From assembly GCA_000004985.1 (NCBI GenBank), contig GG739008.1: a stretch of 11,584 nucleotides of DNA; one strand, 5' to 3'. The notes beneath the pieces are model-generated. The model was not told the DNA's origin and ran no database searches. It saw only the letters and a list, made by a program, of their open reading frames with translations. The position numbers and the translations under genes were made by a program. The DNA is from Naegleria gruberi (lineage: Eukaryota). Shown here one piece after another: positions 8,167-11,584 of this stretch (the stretch's first letter is position 1; every line of letters begins with the position of its first letter).

Positions 8167-8495
8167 CATTGAAATGACCAAATTAATGACAATCTGCAAA
8201 AAGTAAATAATATATCCAATCATAAATAGCAGAAACTGATAATCCTCAATAAACTGAATCTTGATGAAAAAGAAAAGCACTGCAATAGCCACAACAATCG
8301 AACCAAACGAAACACAGAAAAAAATAGTGAATGAATTCTGGATAATCATGAGTCGTTTGGTTAGTCGTGAGTTTGCCTCTTCGAAACTTCCTGCAATCTT
8401 GACAGTTTCTAGAAAGACATGTCCTACAAAGCTCATGATTACAANCATTGTAATGAGATTTCCAACAATGAAAAGAACTTCAATTGAACCTGTGA
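8167..8495 (-). CDS. Unidentified multi-pass membrane protein, putative exon 1, partial. It continues 5' into the 206-N gap and ends at ..ISM followed by donor GTAAGT.
   Basis: On the minus strand the frame is open from the gap edge: TGSIEVLFIVGNLITMxVIMSFVGHVFLETVKIAGSFEEANSRLTKRLMIIQNSFTIFFCVSFGSIVVAIAVLFFFIKIQFIEDYQFLLFMIGYIIYFLQIVINLVISM. It contains several hydrophobic helices. The sequence tcaATG|GTAAGTttaaag lies at 8169-8161. Unspliced, the frame hits a stop 45 nt later. The single n at 8445 causes the X. Confidence 0.45.
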
Positions 8496-8701
8496 NNNNN
8501 NNNNNNNNNNNNNNNNNNNNNNNNNNNNNNNNNNNNNNNNNNNNNNNNNNNNNNNNNNNNNNNNNNNNNNNNNNNNNNNNNNNNNNNNNNNNNNNNNNNN
8601 NNNNNNNNNNNNNNNNNNNNNNNNNNNNNNNNNNNNNNNNNNNNNNNNNNNNNNNNNNNNNNNNNNNNNNNNNNNNNNNNNNNNNNNNNNNNNNNNNNNN
8701 N
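8496..8701. other. Assembly gap, 206 N, inside the minus-strand membrane-protein gene.
   Basis: A run of n. Confidence 1.
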
Positions 8702-8719
8702 TTGTTTGAAAGGTGGCAT
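8702..8719 (-). CDS. Candidate start (MPPFKQ..) of the gap-interrupted membrane-protein gene. Tentative.
   Basis: The minus-strand ATG at 8719-8717 opens a frame into the gap. The ORF-track 'M' further upstream at 8770 is TTG. Frame continuity across the gap cannot be tested. Confidence 0.25.
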
Positions 8720-8948
8720 TTCTTTTTGAGATTTGAAATGATAAGAGATAGAACTAATAATCAAAGGCAATTGTTGAGAGATATATCATAAACAATTAGG
8801 CATCAGCAATCATCAGTATTAAAAAGAAACACCCTTCGCTTTTTCCAACTTTAAGAATTTCCATTTTTAAGGTTCATAAAAACAACAATTTTTTTAATTT
8901 ATTTGTTTTTTTCATATGAAAAAATTGTAAATTTCAATACAGCACGTT

Positions 8949-8973
8949 TACTTCAAGTTTGACAAGATTTGGG
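8949..8973. repeat. Left terminal inverted repeat (25 bp) of a MITE-like element.
   Basis: acagcacgtttacttcaagtttgac is the reverse complement (24/25) of 9311-9335. Confidence 0.7.
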
Positions 8974-9310
8974 GAAATTAAAATTGTTTTTTTTAAAATT
9001 TAAAGTATTTCATCTTTCAATTTTGATTTGGCAAGTAAACTCAACTCCATTTGAAAAGAATCTGTAACGATAATATTTTATTCAACAAAATGCTAATTTC
9101 TCGATGGAATTAAGGTAGTTTTGAAATCTGACTTCAAATTATGAATCCTCGCATTGACATACCCCTTGGGGTGGCAGCATTCTCAAAAATATGTAGAAAT
9201 GAGTAAGAACGAGTTGTTAGGTGTTGTTCTATTGAAATGCTTATTTTGGATTTGACAGCAGAAGAACAACAAAATTTTTTCTAAATAATTTATTTTCTTT
9301 CAAAAAACGC

Positions 9311-9335
9311 GTCAAATTTGAAGTAAACGTGCTGT
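9311..9335. repeat. Right terminal inverted repeat (25 bp) of a MITE-like element.
   Basis: gtcaaatttgaagtaaacgtgctgt has reverse complement acagcacgtttacttcaaatttgac. Confidence 0.7.
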
Positions 9336-9414
9336 AATTAGCGATTAAACATTTAATTTCATAACATTTCAATTTTCAAATTCTGTAAAATTTCCCAAAT
9401 TGATTGAAAAAAAA

Positions 9415-10194
9415 ATGGCTTCACAAATTTGCTCGCAAATGGGCAAACTTTCAATTGCTAAAGTTTTGGAGGGAACCCTCGGAAATCATGGCTTTAAAAT
9501 CATGTATCGATCCATCAATAAGAATACATTCATTTCTCCGTGGCATGATATTCCACTTCAAGCAAGTGCTAATCATTACTATTTTGTTAATGAAATTCCA
9601 ATGCACACTCTGAAAAAGATGGAAGTCAATACAAAGGAGCAATTTAATCCAATAATTCAAGATGAAAAGAAGGGAAAACTCAGAGAATTTACTTATAGAC
9701 TTGATGCTGGTGGAATTCCTTTCAATTACGGAATGCTTCCTCAAACTTGGGAAGATCCAAAGAAATTAATTCATGTTCCTTTTGGACAAGTTAAGGATGG
9801 TGTTTATCAACCAACTGTTGCTGTTCAAGGTGATAATGATCCAATTGATGTTGTGGAAATTAGTGATGTTGCTTTGGAAATGGGAGAAGTTTATAAAATC
9901 AAAGTTTTTGGAATTCTTGCAATGATTGATGAAGGTGAAATGGATTGGAAAGTTATTGGTAGAGTTGTTTCAGAATCTGAAACCTCAACACTACAACCAG
10001 ATGAAGATTTACAGGACATTTATGATATTCCAAAGGGAAAGATTAATGATATCATTGATTGGTTTAGAATGTACAAGACTACCGATGGAAAACCTGAAAA
10101 TCATTTTGGATTCAATACCACAGTGTTAGATAAGGCCTATGCTAAACACATTATCAACCAAACTCACAAACATTGGAGTGCTATGTCAAAATAA
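9415..10194 (+). CDS. PPA1: Inorganic pyrophosphatase, soluble family I eukaryotic type, 259 aa. Stop TAA.
   Basis: SPWHDIPL, FVNEIP, KKMEV, NPIIQDEKKGKLR, YGMLPQTWEDP, GDNDPIDVVEI, GILAMIDEGEMDWKV, WFRMYKTTDGKPEN.FGF. This is colinear with yeast IPP1/PPA1 and keeps all the key Asp/Glu/Lys/Arg/Tyr active-site positions. The real start is ATG 9415-9417. The ORF-track start at 9400 is TTG. Confidence 0.9.
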   Translation: MASQICSQMGKLSIAKVLEGTLGNHGFKIMYRSINKNTFISPWHDIPLQASANHYYFVNEIPMHTLKKMEVNTKEQFNPIIQDEKKGKLREFTYRLDAGGIPFNYGMLPQTWEDPKKLIHVPFGQVKDGVYQPTVAVQGDNDPIDVVEISDVALEMGEVYKIKVFGILAMIDEGEMDWKVIGRVVSESETSTLQPDEDLQDIYDIPKGKINDIIDWFRMYKTTDGKPENHFGFNTTVLDKAYAKHIINQTHKHWSAMSK

Positions 10195-10323
10195 ATTCAA
10201 CCTTTTTCAATCTTCCAATATCCAAATTGACTGGTAAAACACTTGCTAGAATTTCTTGGAGATGAACAAAAATCAACAAGAATAATGATTTTAAATAATT
10301 TTTTTTATAGTTTGGAAAGAAGT

Positions 10324-10770
10324 TTAAGCAGTGAGTTCGCAGACACCACCAATAGCCTTGATCTTTTCTTCAGCAGACTTGGAGAAGAGTCTAGCTCTGA
10401 CGACGATTGGGATCTTTGGCAAGTCACCTCTACCCATGATCTTGTCGAAACCAGCCTTGTGAGCATCAATAACGACAGCCTTACCACCGAATTTACCTTC
10501 CTTGGCTTGTTGGTAGACTTCTTGTCCGGCAACCTTCCACAATTCGTCAACATTGAGACAATTTGTCAAGAAGTGATTCTTATTCATGTGGAATCTTCTG
10601 ATACCGATCTTACCGAAATAACCAGGATGGAATCTGTCAACCCAGATTCTGTGATGGTGTTGACCACCAGCCATACCACGACCACCAGGGTGCTTTCTGT
10701 GCTTACCGATACGACCGTGACCGTGAGAGACGTGACCTCTCATCTTTCTACACTTCTTCTTAGTTGTGGC
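10324..10770 (-). CDS. RPL27A: 60S ribosomal protein L27a (uL15), exon 2. Stop TAA at 10324-10326.
   Basis: [42 protein letters not shown]...[12 protein letters not shown]...N. This matches the L27a/uL15 N-terminus ([29 protein letters not shown]) and the rest of the protein. The frame is closed by TAG at 10773-10771, directly upstream of the acceptor ttatAG|GCC. Codon usage is strongly biased (GGT, AAG, CAC, GTC, AGA), as expected for a highly expressed gene. Confidence 0.85.
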   Translation of the reverse strand, partial: ATTKKKCRKMRGHVSHGHGRIGKHRKHPGGRGMAGGQHHHRIWVDRFHPGYFGKIGIRRFHMNKNHFLTNCLNVDELWKVAGQEVYQQAKEGKFGGKAVVIDAHKAGFDKIMGRGDLPKIPIVVRARLFSKSAEEKIKAIGGVCELTA

Positions 10771-10870
10771 CTATAATATGTTCAAGAGTAAGTAAATAAT
10801 TCATACCAAGCAAGTATTAATTAGAAAAGAGAAGGTAAATATTTTTTAAGAGAGTGACTGCAGTACGTAC

Positions 10871-10873
10871 CAT
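10871..10873 (-). CDS. RPL27A: L27a exon 1, the ATG only, followed by a 100-nt intron (10771-10870; GTACGT...TTATAG).
   Basis: The minus strand reads aaagtcaaaATG|GTACGTactgcag... In-frame splicing to 10770 gives [17 protein letters not shown].., a full-length uL15 N-terminus. Without the splice, the conserved N-terminal residues have no initiator. Confidence 0.6.
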
Positions 10874-11565
10874 TTTGACTTTTGCGTATTTTTTTTTCAA
10901 CAAGTTTTTTAATTATTCGTTGACTACATCGTTTTACAACCAAAGTTTGCTATGGCAAAAATGCTCTCATAATATCTGCAAGCCAGAAAAAGAGCAAAAC
11001 AAAGAAGCTTTCATCAGCCTGTATCACTCACCAAAATAATGTAATCATCATTAGAATAATAGAATAATTTGGAATAGATTGGATTATTAATATTAAAGAT
11101 ATAATTCTTTGTTCTATTAAACTCCTCATCATTAACAATTACAACAACAATATTATATATTCTTAGGAAAATCAAAATTAAAGTATCATTGCAACAATTT
11201 TCATTCACTACATTCCTCTCTCAACCGAATAATAACATTGCATTATTATTAATAATAATTCTTCAACAATTGTTATTAGTTTCGACACTAGGATTGATGA
11301 AGACATCTTTACTTGTCATCATAACACTGGGTTGCCTTTTTAATTTTCCACAAAGAGGTTTTTGGAAACTAACCAAATTCAATGTCAACCAAAGATGAAG
11401 AATGGATTCAAATAATAATCAAAAAGATTGTCAATACTTCATCTTTGGGTTTCTACTATTATAATTAATAGCGAATTACTAGTAATAATAATTTATTCAG
11501 ATAATCAAAATTGTCACACTTTTCACAACCGGAAAAAACAAGAATAGAGAGAATTGAAGAGAATC

Positions 11566-11584
11566 ATGAGTGGAGCAACGTTAC
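11566..11584 (+). CDS. Possible 5' end of a further gene running off the window (MSGATL..). Very tentative.
   Basis: ATG at 11566 follows an A-rich leader (ggaaaaaacaagaatagagagaattgaagagaatcATGagt). The open frame reaches the window end. Only 19 nt are visible. Confidence 0.12.

Larger units (their letters stand above)
8949..9335. mobile_element. Candidate non-autonomous DNA transposon (MITE-like). 387 bp, 25-bp TIRs, AT-rich non-coding interior, flanked by AAT on both sides (8946-8948 and 9336-9338).
   Basis: The TIRs are near-perfect. The interior is AT-rich with no ORF. Identical 3-nt AAT flanks suggest a target-site duplication. The element sits in the promoter region between divergent genes. 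The window holds no second copy for comparison. Confidence 0.45.

Noticed and set aside
8261-8791. + strand ORF 8261..8791 and minus-strand ORF 8480..8770 spanning the 206-N gap.
   Set aside because: The gap-spanning translation is an artifact. The + ORF is antisense to the hydrophobic minus-strand membrane-protein frame.
10243-10776. 177-aa + strand ORF (MLEFLGDEQKST...).
   Set aside because: It lies exactly antisense to the strongly codon-biased L27a coding exon. Long antisense ORFs are a common by-product of biased coding sequence. The minus-strand frame has the clear uL15 match.
10854-11398. Small ORFs 10854..11039 +, 11014..11208 - and 11189..11398 + in the 3'-terminal AT-rich region.
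   Set aside because: Asn/Ile/Leu-rich low-complexity products of AT-rich DNA. This is more likely the promoter or 5' flank of L27a and of a gene starting near 11566.
1-11584. Looked for prokaryotic signatures: CRISPR repeat-spacer arrays, operon-like co-oriented gene strings, Shine-Dalgarno motifs and defence-island content.
   Set aside because: No regularly spaced direct repeats. The genes carry spliceosomal introns, the tRNAs lack encoded CCA, and the products are ribosomal protein uL15, axonemal dynein LC1 and a P4 flippase. The region is eukaryotic nuclear DNA.

Overview
This is a gene-dense, AT-rich eukaryotic nuclear scaffold with standard genetic code. Coding regions are about 35-40% GC and intergenic DNA is about 20-25% GC with T/A homopolymer runs. 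Two runs of N (2285 nt and 206 nt) each break a gene, so every six-frame ORF containing 'XXXX' is an artifact. The ORF track also uses TTG as a start in places (4363, 9400, 8770). Real eukaryotic starts had to be re-derived.

Genes supported by the sequence, in order:
- (+) C-terminal end of a protein kinase, running in from before the window.
- (+) tRNA-Glu(UUC).
- (-) C-terminal TM9-10 and tail of a P4-type phospholipid flippase, broken by the large gap.
- (-) tRNA-Ser(UGA).
- (+) Axonemal dynein light chain 1 (LC1/DNAL1, an LRR protein). It needs a tiny upstream ATG-only exon.
- (+) An intronless 576-aa MFS transporter.
- (-) An unidentified multi-pass membrane protein, split by a GTAAGT intron and by the small gap.
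- (+) Soluble family I inorganic pyrophosphatase, 259 aa.
- (-) Ribosomal protein L27a/uL15, whose first exon is the ATG alone.
- A possible gene start at the very 3' edge of the window.

An axonemal dynein subunit together with yeast-like codon preferences (TTG Leu, AGA Arg, GGT Gly, AAG Lys) and short GTAAGT/GTACGT introns points to a flagellated, AT-rich lower eukaryote. A zoosporic or anaerobic fungus is one possibility. This is inference only.

The most interesting non-genic structure is a roughly 390-bp AT-rich segment bounded by 25-bp terminal inverted repeats (24/25 identical) and flanked by AAT on both sides. It sits in the divergent promoter region between the membrane-protein gene and the pyrophosphatase gene and is a MITE-like candidate. 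A 950-bp ORF-free, compositionally unusual stretch (4945-5930) between DNAL1 and the MFS gene is also unexplained.

The window shows no prokaryotic features: no CRISPR array, no operon, no Shine-Dalgarno context.
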